Positions 48,109 to 57,817 of a DNA stretch of 64,000 nucleotides are shown piece after piece; positions within the stretch are counted from its first letter, which is position 1, and each line of letters begins with the position of its first letter. The DNA is taken from positions 6,102 through 70,101 of IMG/VR virus record IMGVR_UViG_3300018079_000011, one strand, 5' to 3'. The notes beneath the pieces were generated by a model. That model had not been told where the DNA came from and searched no databases. It was given only the letters and a program-made list of their open reading frames with translations. This DNA comes from a virus. Position numbers and translations under genes: made by a program.

Positions 48109-48428
48109 TCGCTGACCACCACGTTGGACAAGGCGACCTTGAGCCGTCGATCGGAACGACGCTGAAGGACGAGAACGACATCGCAATCAACCTCACCGGC
48201 TACACGGTCGCATTTCGCATGCGCCTCGTGGACAAATCGCGGCCGGCGTTCGTGGGTACGGCCGTCGTCGTGAACGCCACCACGGGAGAGGTCCGTCACG
48301 ATCGGGTGCCCGGCGAGACGGACGTTCCGGGTCTGTACGAGGTCGAGTGGCCGGCGACGAAACTCGGACGTCAAGAGACGTTCAGCAACAACAACAAATC
48401 CGCCCTGTGGATCGCGCCGAAGGTGTAG
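48105..48428 (+). CDS. BppU-like Ig-fold protein
   Basis: QGD..P....LKD....INLTGYTV.F.M...GEV...G.TD..G.Y..EW. Confidence 0.7.
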   Translation: MIADHHVGQGDLEPSIGTTLKDENDIAINLTGYTVAFRMRLVDKSRPAFVGTAVVVNATTGEVRHDRVPGETDVPGLYEVEWPATKLGRQETFSNNNKSALWIAPKV

Positions 48429-48433
48429 TCCGC

Positions 48434-48471
48434 CGCGAATCTTGGGTGACCGCCGACGGCAGCCGCAGGAT
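48434..48471 (+). promoter_or_regulatory. Putative late promoter (unit leading to portal)
   Basis: CGCGAATCT-N23-CAGGAT-7nt-ATG (48479). Confidence 0.55.
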
Positions 48472-49229
48472 TGGCCTGATGAAGCGACCCCTGGCTGAAA
48501 GCTTCGACGTCGACGGGTCTCCCGTGGCACCGCCGTCGCCTGCGCCGGAACCGACGCCGAGCGATCCGCGCGAGCCGTCCGAGGACAAGACGCCGGTGCA
48601 GCGGCCGAGGCCGAAGGTGCCTGCTGATCCGGAGGACCGGGAGTGACCAGGCGGAACTTCTTTTCTCTGCTAGGACTGGGCATGCCAGCGACGACTGCCG
48701 CGGCGATGTCCACGCCTTCGGTGCCGGCCAAAGTATGGACGTGCAAGACGCCAGGTCTCTACCCTGACGGCGAAGGGAGCGGCAGGAGGACGGCGCTCTA
48801 CTGGCACGGCGAGAAGATGGCCACGGCGGTCGTGGCGGCGTGTCCTGCCGAGGGATGGTTCGACGTCCGTTGGCCAAGGCCGCGGAACTTCGTGTATCCC
48901 AAGGTGCCGCTGCCCGATCTGCGCAGTCGCGAGCACCATCTCACCGACGTGGAAACGGGGCGCATGTTCACGCGGCACTACGGGCCATATGAACTGCGCG
49001 ACCTGATCACGGGCAACATCGTTGCGGTGTCGCGTGGCGGTTGATCCCCCCCGCGCCGTCGAGCACGTCGGCCCCAGTCCGGAGTTGATGTCGGTCCTCC
49101 GTGATGGTCGCGCCTATCGCCAGGCGCTCGAGGAAATCATGGTCGCCGCGCGCCCGTCGCTTGCCCGTTCCGACGAGACTGGCGAACTCGCACGGGCCGT
49201 GATGGCCATCGCCAAAGGTGCGCTGCCCA

Positions 49230-50987
49230 ATGTCGTCTGAGACCTCCGATCTCACCCCCCAGGTGATCGCGGGCGCCGTAGCCTCCGTGAACGCGCGCGA
49301 TGGCTCGTCCGGCACGCTCACCGAGGCGACTGCGCCGAGCGCCGCCGGCCTTCCGTATTCGATCCTCAAACAGACCCATCCCACCCACGACGCCGACTAT
49401 TGGCGCGAACTGCGCGCCCTCTACGAGGGCGGGAAGACATTGCTCCGAGACGACAAGGTGCTGAATAGCCTTTTCCCGCGGCACCGAGGAGAACACGACG
49501 CGCTCTATCGGGAGCGCCAGCGGCGGGCCTTTTACGTTCCGTACGCCGCTGAGATCCTCGATCACCTCGTGGCCGGCGTGACGTCCGATCCCGTGACCAT
49601 GACGATGGGTGGCGAACGCGAAGAGAGCGAGGGCTTACCGCCATTCTATCAGGACTTCGTCGAGGACGTGTCGCCCGACGGCGGCGCGAAGGTCGCGCTC
49701 AACGAACTTCTCGCCGACCAGCTGCGCACGGCCCTGCAAACGTGCTGGTCGTGGACGCTCGTCGATCTCCCGCCTGCCGTCGACGAGAGCGGACAGCGCG
49801 TGGAATACGCCAGCCTCGGCGACCAGGACAAGGAAGGGGCGCTCAGAGCATACGCGGTCGCGCTCGATCCCGAGTCGGTGATCGACTGGGAAGAAGACGA
49901 ATCGGGAGATCTGCTCTGGGCGATGGTCCGGCTCGTCGACCAGCGACGACAGACGGTGATGGGTTCACGCTCGATCGTGACCGAGCGCTGGACCTACTAC
50001 ACGCAAACAGGATGGGCCCGCTTCGAGCGCGAGCGCGAGGCGAACAAGCAGTTCGATGACAAGGACATCATTCCGCTGGTCGCGCAGGGAGAGCATTCGT
50101 TCGGGCGCGTGCCGATTGTTCGTCTGTGCCTCCCACGCGGCCTGTGGGCGATGAACAAGATGCACGGGGCCGCCGTTGAACACTTCAACAAGCGATCGGC
50201 TCTCGCGTGGGGAGAGTTGCAGGCGCTTCTCCCCGAGCTCTACGAGTTTCTAGGGCCAGAGGGCGGAACCAAGGGCGCGATGATCGGGCAAGCGCAAGAG
50301 GACGCCGGCCGCGCCGTGAACCAGCGCCGCGGCCAAGGATTCGTCCAGCAGCGCGGGCACGAAGACCGCGCCGAGTTCATCGGCCCCAACGTCGCTCCGT
50401 TCGTCGAGGCGCGGAACTCGTGCGACTCGCTCCGCGACGACCTCCACCGCGTGATGCACCAGATGGCGCTGAGCGCGGCCAACAACGCCGCCGCTCTCAA
50501 GCGCTCGGCCGAGAGCAAGGAGCAGGACCGCGCCTCAGTTGAAATCGTCCTGCGCGATCTCGGTCTCGCGGCAAAGAAGCACGCCGAAGCGATCCTCAAC
50601 ATGGTTTCGCGCGGCCGGCTGGAAGAAAAGTTGGTCGACGAGTGGGTCGCCAAGGGAATGTCAGAGTTCGACGCGATCGCGGTGTCTGACTCGCTCAAGA
50701 ACGCGCTCGACATCGATATGCTGGCGATCGAGAGCCCGACGTTTCGCAAGCGTCACCGGATGCAGATCGTTCGCGAGGTGCTGGAAGGGCGGGTCAAGCC
50801 GGAGGATCTCGAGCAGATCGAAAAGGAACTAGAGGAGAACATCGATGACGAGTCTTTCAAACCGGGGGCCGAACTGGAGGTTGAGGTCGATCGCGTGAAG
50901 GCGTTGGGAGCGGCGCAACCGAAGCCGGGGGCGAGTCTGAAGCCGGGTGGCAACGGGAAGGCGAAGGGGGAAGCGGACGCGACATGA
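49230..50987 (+). CDS. Portal protein
   Basis: Size and position; HP..., LYEGG, Y.ER..RAFY, WTLVD, VIDWE, HSFGRVP, SAESK. Confidence 0.85.
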   Translation: MSSETSDLTPQVIAGAVASVNARDGSSGTLTEATAPSAAGLPYSILKQTHPTHDADYWRELRALYEGGKTLLRDDKVLNSLFPRHRGEHDALYRERQRRAFYVPYAAEILDHLVAGVTSDPVTMTMGGEREESEGLPPFYQDFVEDVSPDGGAKVALNELLADQLRTALQTCWSWTLVDLPPAVDESGQRVEYASLGDQDKEGALRAYAVALDPESVIDWEEDESGDLLWAMVRLVDQRRQTVMGSRSIVTERWTYYTQTGWARFEREREANKQFDDKDIIPLVAQGEHSFGRVPIVRLCLPRGLWAMNKMHGAAVEHFNKRSALAWGELQALLPELYEFLGPEGGTKGAMIGQAQEDAGRAVNQRRGQGFVQQRGHEDRAEFIGPNVAPFVEARNSCDSLRDDLHRVMHQMALSAANNAAALKRSAESKEQDRASVEIVLRDLGLAAKKHAEAILNMVSRGRLEEKLVDEWVAKGMSEFDAIAVSDSLKNALDIDMLAIESPTFRKRHRMQIVREVLEGRVKPEDLEQIEKELEENIDDESFKPGAELEVEVDRVKALGAAQPKPGASLKPGGNGKAKGEADAT

Positions 50988-51815
50988 CCGGTCACTGGGT
51001 CTTCTTCCTGCGATCGAACGGCTGCTCGAATCTCGCCTTTGACGAAGGCGTGCCGATTCAAGAGTGCCTGAGGCGGGGCGCGCGGGAGATCTGGGCGAGG
51101 ACAGGGGTATTCCCGCGTTCGGCTGAGGTGACGCCGTCGGCGTTCGCCGAACTGAGGGAGTTCTTCGGCGCCCACCTGCGGCTGACAGGGGAAGGCATTG
51201 TGTTCCACGTGGACGGTCGCCCGATGTTCGTCTGCGAGAGCAGAGACACCGTTGCCGCGGGGGGCGAGGAGCCGTTGCATTGGGCGCCGCTGTGAAACAG
51301 AGGGGGCATCAGACATGAGCGATTTGACTTGGCTGGAGCGGGCAGTTGTCGAGGCTTCCGTGTCGCCTGGGCTGACACGCGCGGATCTGCCCGCGCTGAT
51401 GGACTTGGCCAAACGGATCGCCATGAGCGCCGTCGAGCAATCGCAGGTGCAACTCGCAGGCGTGAGCGTGGCTGCGTTCGGCGGCACGAGCGAGCCTGTG
51501 CGTGCGAAGGAAGGCGATTACGGGTGGTCGGTCGCCTATCAGGACGTTTTGAGCCTGCGGGAGAAGTATGATCGGCTGCGAGACGCGATCACAAAGGCGC
51601 TCGAATGAGCCTGCGCCAGATCCCCGTCTCCCCGTTCCTGTACGACTGGTACTCCGCGGTTTTGGCCGGCACGTCGCCGTACCTCGCCCGCAAGCGTGCC
51701 GAACTGAACGAGCGACGGCGCCGGGAAGAGTCGGAACGGTGGGCAGCAGAGAACGGCATCACCGCTGAGTCGTGGGCGGGGATTGATCGGGCGGTAGTGC
51801 CGTGGCGGTAGTGCC

Positions 51816-52793
51816 GTGGCCACCCAGCCCGTAACCAGCGCCAAGCGTCGCCAGATCTTCGCGGTCCTTGAAGAGACCGCGCGCTCAGTCCAGCGCCTGC
51901 ACGAACCGGCCTTGCGAAAGATGCTGCCCGTGCTGCGACAGGCGCATGAGGAACTCGAAGACCAACTGCGCCGCTGGCTCTCCCGCGAGAACGGCGAGAG
52001 CGCATTCACGACCCAGCGCTATCGAAACGCGATCACGCACGTGCGCCATGCGATGGCGACGATCAAGCGCTCGGCGCCCGAGATCGAAGATGCGCTCTGG
52101 GAAAGCGCGGACATCGCCGGTCGCCTGTCGACGTCCAATATCGTCCGCGAACTCGAAGCGTTCGGGCGGATCTTCGAGGGCACGATCCAGCCAGTGAATC
52201 TCGACGCCGCGGCGGTGATCGCCCAGGGCGAAAAGGTGCTGTGGAAGCAGTTCGAGTCGTCGGCGCGGCGGTACGCGGGATCCATCGGCGAGGGGCTGAT
52301 CCAAGAACTCGCCGTCAGTCGGGCGAAGAGCGAGACGATTTTCGAGGTGACCAACCGGCTGCAACGGCGGATGCCGGCGATCTTCGCCGGGGACCGGTGG
52401 AAGGCTGAAAGGCTGGCGCGTACGGAAGTGATGAACGCTTACGCGGAAACGCACCTGCAGGGGCTGAAGGAGATTCAAGAGGACGATCCCGAGATCGTCG
52501 CCCGCTGGGATGCCTCGTTCGATCGGCGGCGGTGCCCCGCGTGCGCTTCCCTCGACGGCCAAGTGCGCGACGTGGCCAACGGCGAGAAGTTCGTGGCCGA
52601 GTGGATCAGCAAACGCAAGGTTGGCGTGCGGAGACATCGGAAGATCGTCGAGAAGCCGCCTCTTCATCCCGCTTGCCGCTGTGTGGTAACCACCTGGCGT
52701 TCGACGTGGGCCATGGTTGCCCGCAAGACCGCTGCTCTCCCCGCTCCCCCGCCGCCGATTGCGCTGCCCGCCGCCGCCCGCGCCCGGCCGTGA
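51816..52793 (+). CDS. Minor head morphogenesis protein (MuF/SPP1 gp7-like)
   Basis: AERLARTE, RCPACASLDG, PPLHPACRC. Confidence 0.88.
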   Translation: MATQPVTSAKRRQIFAVLEETARSVQRLHEPALRKMLPVLRQAHEELEDQLRRWLSRENGESAFTTQRYRNAITHVRHAMATIKRSAPEIEDALWESADIAGRLSTSNIVRELEAFGRIFEGTIQPVNLDAAAVIAQGEKVLWKQFESSARRYAGSIGEGLIQELAVSRAKSETIFEVTNRLQRRMPAIFAGDRWKAERLARTEVMNAYAETHLQGLKEIQEDDPEIVARWDASFDRRRCPACASLDGQVRDVANGEKFVAEWISKRKVGVRRHRKIVEKPPLHPACRCVVTTWRSTWAMVARKTAALPAPPPPIALPAAARARP

Positions 52794-52826
52794 AACTCGG
52801 GGGCAACGTCCCCGCGCCCATAACGT
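52789..52826 (+). promoter_or_regulatory. Putative late promoter (scaffold)
   Basis: CGTGAAACT-N23-TAACGT. Confidence 0.6.
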
Positions 52827-52852
52827 GAGGCAGGCACTCTGGAGGAGACTGC

Positions 52853-53734
52853 ATGCTCACGAATATGTTTCAGGCTCAGCGACACGTTTTGATGGCCGCC
52901 GCTGGAGATGGCGGTGGCGGTGGAGGGGGTGGCGGGACAGGCAAGGGCGGAGGGGCTGGCGGTGGCGATGGAGACGGCAAAGGCGGAGGCAAGGGCAGTG
53001 ACGGCGCCGGCGAGGGCGGGGGAGACGACGAAGTCCCCGAGTCGGTGCGCAAATACATCGGCGGCGCCATCAACGCCGCGATGACCAACCACGGAAAGCG
53101 CCTAGAGACCCGGCTCGGCGATACGCTCAAGACATCGCTGGCCGAGGCTCTGAAGGCGTTCAAGCCGGCCGGCGATGAGACTGGCGGCGCCGGTGGCCAG
53201 GGTGGCGGCAACGGAGGAGGCTCCGGCGGTGGTCAGGGCGGCAAGGGCGACGACAACGCCAACAACCCGCTCGCACTCGAGGTCAAGAAACTCAAAGACG
53301 ACCTGGAGAAGCAGACCCGTGCTCGCGCCGCCGAGGCCGAGCAGGCGCAGAAGGAACGGGATCTGCGGGCGCGCGGCGAGGAAAAGGCGGCGCTTAGTCA
53401 AGCGCTGCGCGCTGCGGGCGTCGCAGAGGGGCGGACAGTCGGAGCGATGGCGCTGCTGTTCCACGAAAAGTCTCTCGTGGTGCGCAACGAGGCCGGCGAG
53501 ATCTGCCTGAAAACCAAAAAAGTCTACCAGGGAGAAACGGTCGAAGAGATCCTTCCACTGGCCGAGGGTGTCGCGGTGTGGGCGAAGAGCGACGAGGGAA
53601 AGGAATACATGGCAGCCGTCGACGCCGGTGGCTCAGGCAACCGCGGCGGCAAGCGCCCCGATGGCAAGGGGAGCGCCAAGCCGACCCTCGACGACGCCTA
53701 TGCATTCGTCATGACCGACATGTCCCGCCGCTAA
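52853..53734 (+). CDS. Capsid scaffolding protein
   Basis: Gly-rich N-terminus, coiled coil, GGSG tail; precedes the MCP. Confidence 0.75.
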   Translation: MLTNMFQAQRHVLMAAAGDGGGGGGGGGTGKGGGAGGGDGDGKGGGKGSDGAGEGGGDDEVPESVRKYIGGAINAAMTNHGKRLETRLGDTLKTSLAEALKAFKPAGDETGGAGGQGGGNGGGSGGGQGGKGDDNANNPLALEVKKLKDDLEKQTRARAAEAEQAQKERDLRARGEEKAALSQALRAAGVAEGRTVGAMALLFHEKSLVVRNEAGEICLKTKKVYQGETVEEILPLAEGVAVWAKSDEGKEYMAAVDAGGSGNRGGKRPDGKGSAKPTLDDAYAFVMTDMSRR

Positions 53735-53743
53735 GAGCGTTGT

Positions 53744-53781
53744 CGCGATTCTTGGGGGGCCGTCAAATGGCCCCTTAGAAT
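53744..53781 (+). promoter_or_regulatory. Putative late promoter (major capsid)
   Basis: CGCGATTCT-N23-TAGAAT. Confidence 0.65.
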
Positions 53782-53903
53782 CGTCTCACGTCGAGACCTC
53801 GACGCACGTTCGGTTCGCAACGACACGCGGACCCCCACGGCGGGAGCTGCACGTCAAGCGCGACGTAACAGCGCGGCGAACGCAGCTCCAGCGAGGTCCT
53901 CCG

Positions 53904-54947
53904 ATGGCAAACCGCGATTTCGCGTCGATCGACGCGGCACTGGCGACGATCTTCGAGAATCAGGTCGCGCCTCAAATCAACCGCTCTGTCGTGTCACTGC
54001 AGGTGCTTCCCAGCATCCCGGCCGACGGAAAGAACATCTCCTGGGATGCGAAGTTCGGGACGGCGACGCCGACCACGGCGGCGATCGGAGACGGAACCGC
54101 CGTCACCGTGTTCAACGCGGACGACAAGGTGCCGGCGGTCCTGAACTTCACGACCTACCACGACGCATTCCTGGTGACTGGCCGTGCGAGCGCCGCGAGC
54201 GCCGCCGCCGGCAACCCAAATCAACTCAGCAACCTGTTCCGCGACGACCTCCGCGACAGCGTCAATCGACTGGCGCGTGCGATCGGCGCTGACTTCTACC
54301 TGGGCACCGGAGCGTCGAACAAGATGCTCGGGATCCTCGATGCCACCTCGGGCGGCATCATCGCCACCGGCACCTACGCCGGCCTCAGCCGCTCGACCTA
54401 TACGCAGTGGGCGGGCAACCTCGAGGATGCTGGCGGCAGCGAACTTGGCTTCACTCTCATTCGCAACCTGATCCGCAAGATCTACGTCGCGAGCGGGATG
54501 AAGCCCGACCTGTTCATCTGCGACCCGACCCAGCACGAAAAGTTGGGCCTGCTCTACGGGGCTCAGCGCCGCTACGTGGACAGCGTCCGCATCCAGGGCC
54601 AGGTGATCAAACTGGACGGCGGCTACAACGTGCTCGAGTTCGACGGGCGCCCCGTCATCGAAGATGTTCAGGCTCCGGCGCAGAAGTTCATCGCGCTCAA
54701 CACCACGGAGACTCGCATGCGGTATCTGCCGCAGCCGAGCGCGGAGCAGCTCCAGGGTTCGGTCGGCGATGTCGCAATCGCCGGTTCTGCCGAGGCGCAG
54801 TTCGGCATGGGCGCCGTGAAGTTTATGGGCCGCCTGAAGCGGCTCGCCGACGACGGTGACTCGGCCAAGTTCGCCACCTTCGTGTATCCGCAGGTGCAGG
54901 TGAGGACCTGCAACGCCAACGGGTACATCTCCAACCTGGCCGCGTAA
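53904..54947 (+). CDS. Major capsid protein
   Basis: 347 aa after the scaffold; FYLGTG, YAGLSR, LEFDGRPVIED; highly biased codons. Confidence 0.88.
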   Translation: MANRDFASIDAALATIFENQVAPQINRSVVSLQVLPSIPADGKNISWDAKFGTATPTTAAIGDGTAVTVFNADDKVPAVLNFTTYHDAFLVTGRASAASAAAGNPNQLSNLFRDDLRDSVNRLARAIGADFYLGTGASNKMLGILDATSGGIIATGTYAGLSRSTYTQWAGNLEDAGGSELGFTLIRNLIRKIYVASGMKPDLFICDPTQHEKLGLLYGAQRRYVDSVRIQGQVIKLDGGYNVLEFDGRPVIEDVQAPAQKFIALNTTETRMRYLPQPSAEQLQGSVGDVAIAGSAEAQFGMGAVKFMGRLKRLADDGDSAKFATFVYPQVQVRTCNANGYISNLAA

Positions 54948-54965
54948 GAGAAAGGGACAGCAGAC

Positions 54966-55268
54966 ATGTCGTATCCAATTCGTCAGGGCCTGTTGGCCAC
55001 CTTGGACGCCGTCGAGAACGGCGCGACCATGAACATCTCCGACCTCGACGAGGTCTACTGCCACGTGAGCGGGACCTTCGTCGGCACGTGGAAGGTGCAG
55101 ATCTCGTTCGACGACGGCGCCACGTGGGCGGATTTCGACACCGGCACCGCGGCGAAACTGACCGTAGTTCTCCCGCCATGCAAGCACATGAGAGCCATCT
55201 GCACGGCGTTCACGTCGGGCACCATCACCGTCAATTTCGGCGGGCGCAACAAGACTGGGATCCAGTAA
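54966..55268 (+). CDS. Small head decoration-like protein
   Basis: SGTFVGT.KVQ.S.D.G.TW motif. Confidence 0.55.
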   Translation: MSYPIRQGLLATLDAVENGATMNISDLDEVYCHVSGTFVGTWKVQISFDDGATWADFDTGTAAKLTVVLPPCKHMRAICTAFTSGTITVNFGGRNKTGIQ

Positions 55269-55677
55269 CCCCATGCGCTGTCCGCTGGCCCGCTACCGCA
55301 ACCATGGGAGCGCTCCGATCGAAGTGCGGATTGGAGAACTCCCGGGGGAGCCGCCGTACGTGTATCGGGCAGAACCCGGCGGCGCGGTGGACGGGCCAGC
55401 GAACTACGCCTCGGTGTTTCTGGAGGCAGGGCTGGTCGTCGCCGAACAACTCGGCGTCGGCGAGGTGACGGCGCCGAAGGCATGGCCGGGGGCGAGGGCG
55501 GCGGCAACGCCCGCTCCCCCTCCCGCTCCCGCCGCGCTGCCGCCGGCCGTCCCCCCTGTGTCGCCCGCCCCCGTCATCATCGGCGAGCATCCGCCGCCCC
55601 CCGCTCCCCCGGTGCCCACGTCGAGCGTGGCCACAGCGCAGCCCCTCCATCCCCCGCGACGGCGAGGGGGGTAGCGC

Positions 55678-57802
55678 GTGGCCTTGACGGCAGCCCAGCG
55701 GGCTGAGGTCAGACGCTACGCCGGCTGGGGCGCGCGCTTCAGGCAGTTCGACAGCGCGCTCGACAACGCGATGGATGCGCTGGGCTCCGACCCCGAGCAC
55801 GAGGTGCAAATCACCAACGCGCTGACCGCAACGCCGCCGGGACTGCTGGCTCAGCTCGCGGACGTCGACGCGAAACTCACGGGTGCCTACGGGCGATTGA
55901 AAGCGGACAAGGTCGGTTCGATCGAACTCAACCGCGGCGAACTCTTCCAACTCCGATCCGAGGGCCGCCGCCTCACCGGCCGTCTGTGTGCCCTGCTGGG
56001 AGTCCAGCGCCGAGCCGACGTCTACGGCTCGGGCGGCACCGGCGACAACTACGTGGGCAAATGAAGGTTTCGCCGAAAGCGGCCGGCGCGCGGCCCTACT
56101 CTCCAGGTGCCTGCCACGCGCCGGCCGCTCAAGGCGGTCTGAGAAAGCTACCACGACATGCCTGGTAGGGCCGATCTCGACGCCGACGTGCTGGTCGACA
56201 GCCTCGTCACGGACGTGATCGACGGGCTGCGGGAGGAGTTGCACCCGCAGTTCGGCGTGCGCCCGTACCGGCTCTTTGTCGTGCGCCGGACGTGGGATGG
56301 CGAGGCCGTCGGCGACGGCGGGTTCATCGATCGCGAGAACGAGATCAGACCTCAGCCGCGCGTGCAGAACCTTGGGCATTTCGATCAGCACCCGGGCGGC
56401 ACAGTCGAGCGCGGCGAGGTCAAGGTCACCGAAGTCTCGCTGTCGTACCACTACCAGGAGTTGATGGGCGCGGGACTGGGGGCCAACGAGGAGATCCTCA
56501 TCCGCATCGACGAAGCCCATGGCCAGGGCAACCCGCCGCGCTACTTCCGTCACTCCAGGCCCCCGTTTGTCGACCGAGAGCGGGACATGGGCTGGGTGCT
56601 CTACCTGCGCGCCGTAGACAACGAGGGCTGCGCCGAATGAGCCGCGTGGTCATCAGCGCCAAGGATCTGCCCGCCGAGCTCCAGCGGCGCGAGGCGGCCA
56701 TCAGGAGGGCCATTGGGCGCGGGATCCGGGATGGGGCGCGGCGCGGGCGGGCGTTCCTCGTGCGCAAGACGCCGAAGGACCAGGGCCAGGCCAAAGCGGC
56801 GTGGCGAGACACTGCCACCGGGCGGACATCGGGCATGGTCGCCGAGGTCATGAACGACGCGCCATATATCGGGATTCTTGAGGCGGGCGCGCGTCCTCAT
56901 CCGGTGAGCGAGGAAGGCCAGCGGGCGATCTTCGAGTGGGTCAAGCGCAACATCGCGAACTTCATCGGGCGCGATCGGGCGCGGACCATCAAGCGGCGCT
57001 TCAAGTCCTACCTCGACATCGAGGCCAAGCAAATCGCGTCGGCGATCGTCTGGAAGATCCGCAAGTACGGCCAAGCGCCGACCTACTTCATCCGCGACAG
57101 CCTGCCTGAGTTGACCGACTTCGCGGCTGACGAAGTGGCGCGCGAGATGCGGGCGCTCGCCAAGCGGGGAAGGGCCGACTGATGGCCGTCGTGCGACTGG
57201 AGGCATTCCGCGCGCTTCAGCGGGCCATTGAGGCTGCGATCCCCGGCCTTGAGATCGTGCTCGTGCAGAAGGCGAGCGGGGCCGAGTGCCTGCCCAACCT
57301 GGTGATCACGCCGGTGCGGTTTAGGTACATCCCCGACCAGGAAGAGATCGTCTTCGAGCCCGACAATCAGCACATCGTGCTCAACGTCGGTCGCCACGAG
57401 GGAACGATCCAGTTTCGGATCGCGGCGACGAACCTCCAGAAGCGCTACGAGTTGGAACAGGCGCTGCTTGATGTGTTTCTCGGGTGGGAAGGTCATCCCG
57501 GTGTCTTATCAACCCAGGTGACCGCGTGCCCGTCGCTGGGAAATTTCCTCGCGTCCTGGGAACTCGAGGACGACGAATGGGACAACGCCAAGACGTTCGA
57601 CAACCGATACGAATCGGTTCTTGTGATCACCGGGATCATCCCGGCGCTTGTCACGAGGGGCGGCGTCCCGACAGTGCAGCAGTTGCAGTTCGGTCTGACG
57701 GCGGATTTCGAAAAGACGTTCACGCCGACGACGTTCACGGCCGCAAATGGCGTGGAACTCGTCCAGATCACAGAGAGCGGGACGATCGCAGCGATCACCT
57801 GA
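55678..57802 (+). CDS. Head-tail joining/neck genes (55678-56064, 56158-56640, 56637-57182 HK97-gp10-like, 57182-57802)
   Basis: Four small ORFs between head and sheath; TPKDQG...W...NDAPYIGILEAG. Confidence 0.65.
56079..56128. terminator. 12-bp perfect GC hairpin
   Basis: GCGGCCGGCGCG / CGCGCCGGCCGC in an intergenic gap; no U-tract. Confidence 0.4.
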
Positions 57803-57817
57803 TGGAGGCATGAGCCG

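Noticed and set aside
23169-56553. Long antisense ORFs (e.g. 23169-24446, 26256-27515, 47463-48746, 53994-55274, 55231-56553)
   Set aside because: Shadow frames of real genes in GC-rich DNA, with no motifs.
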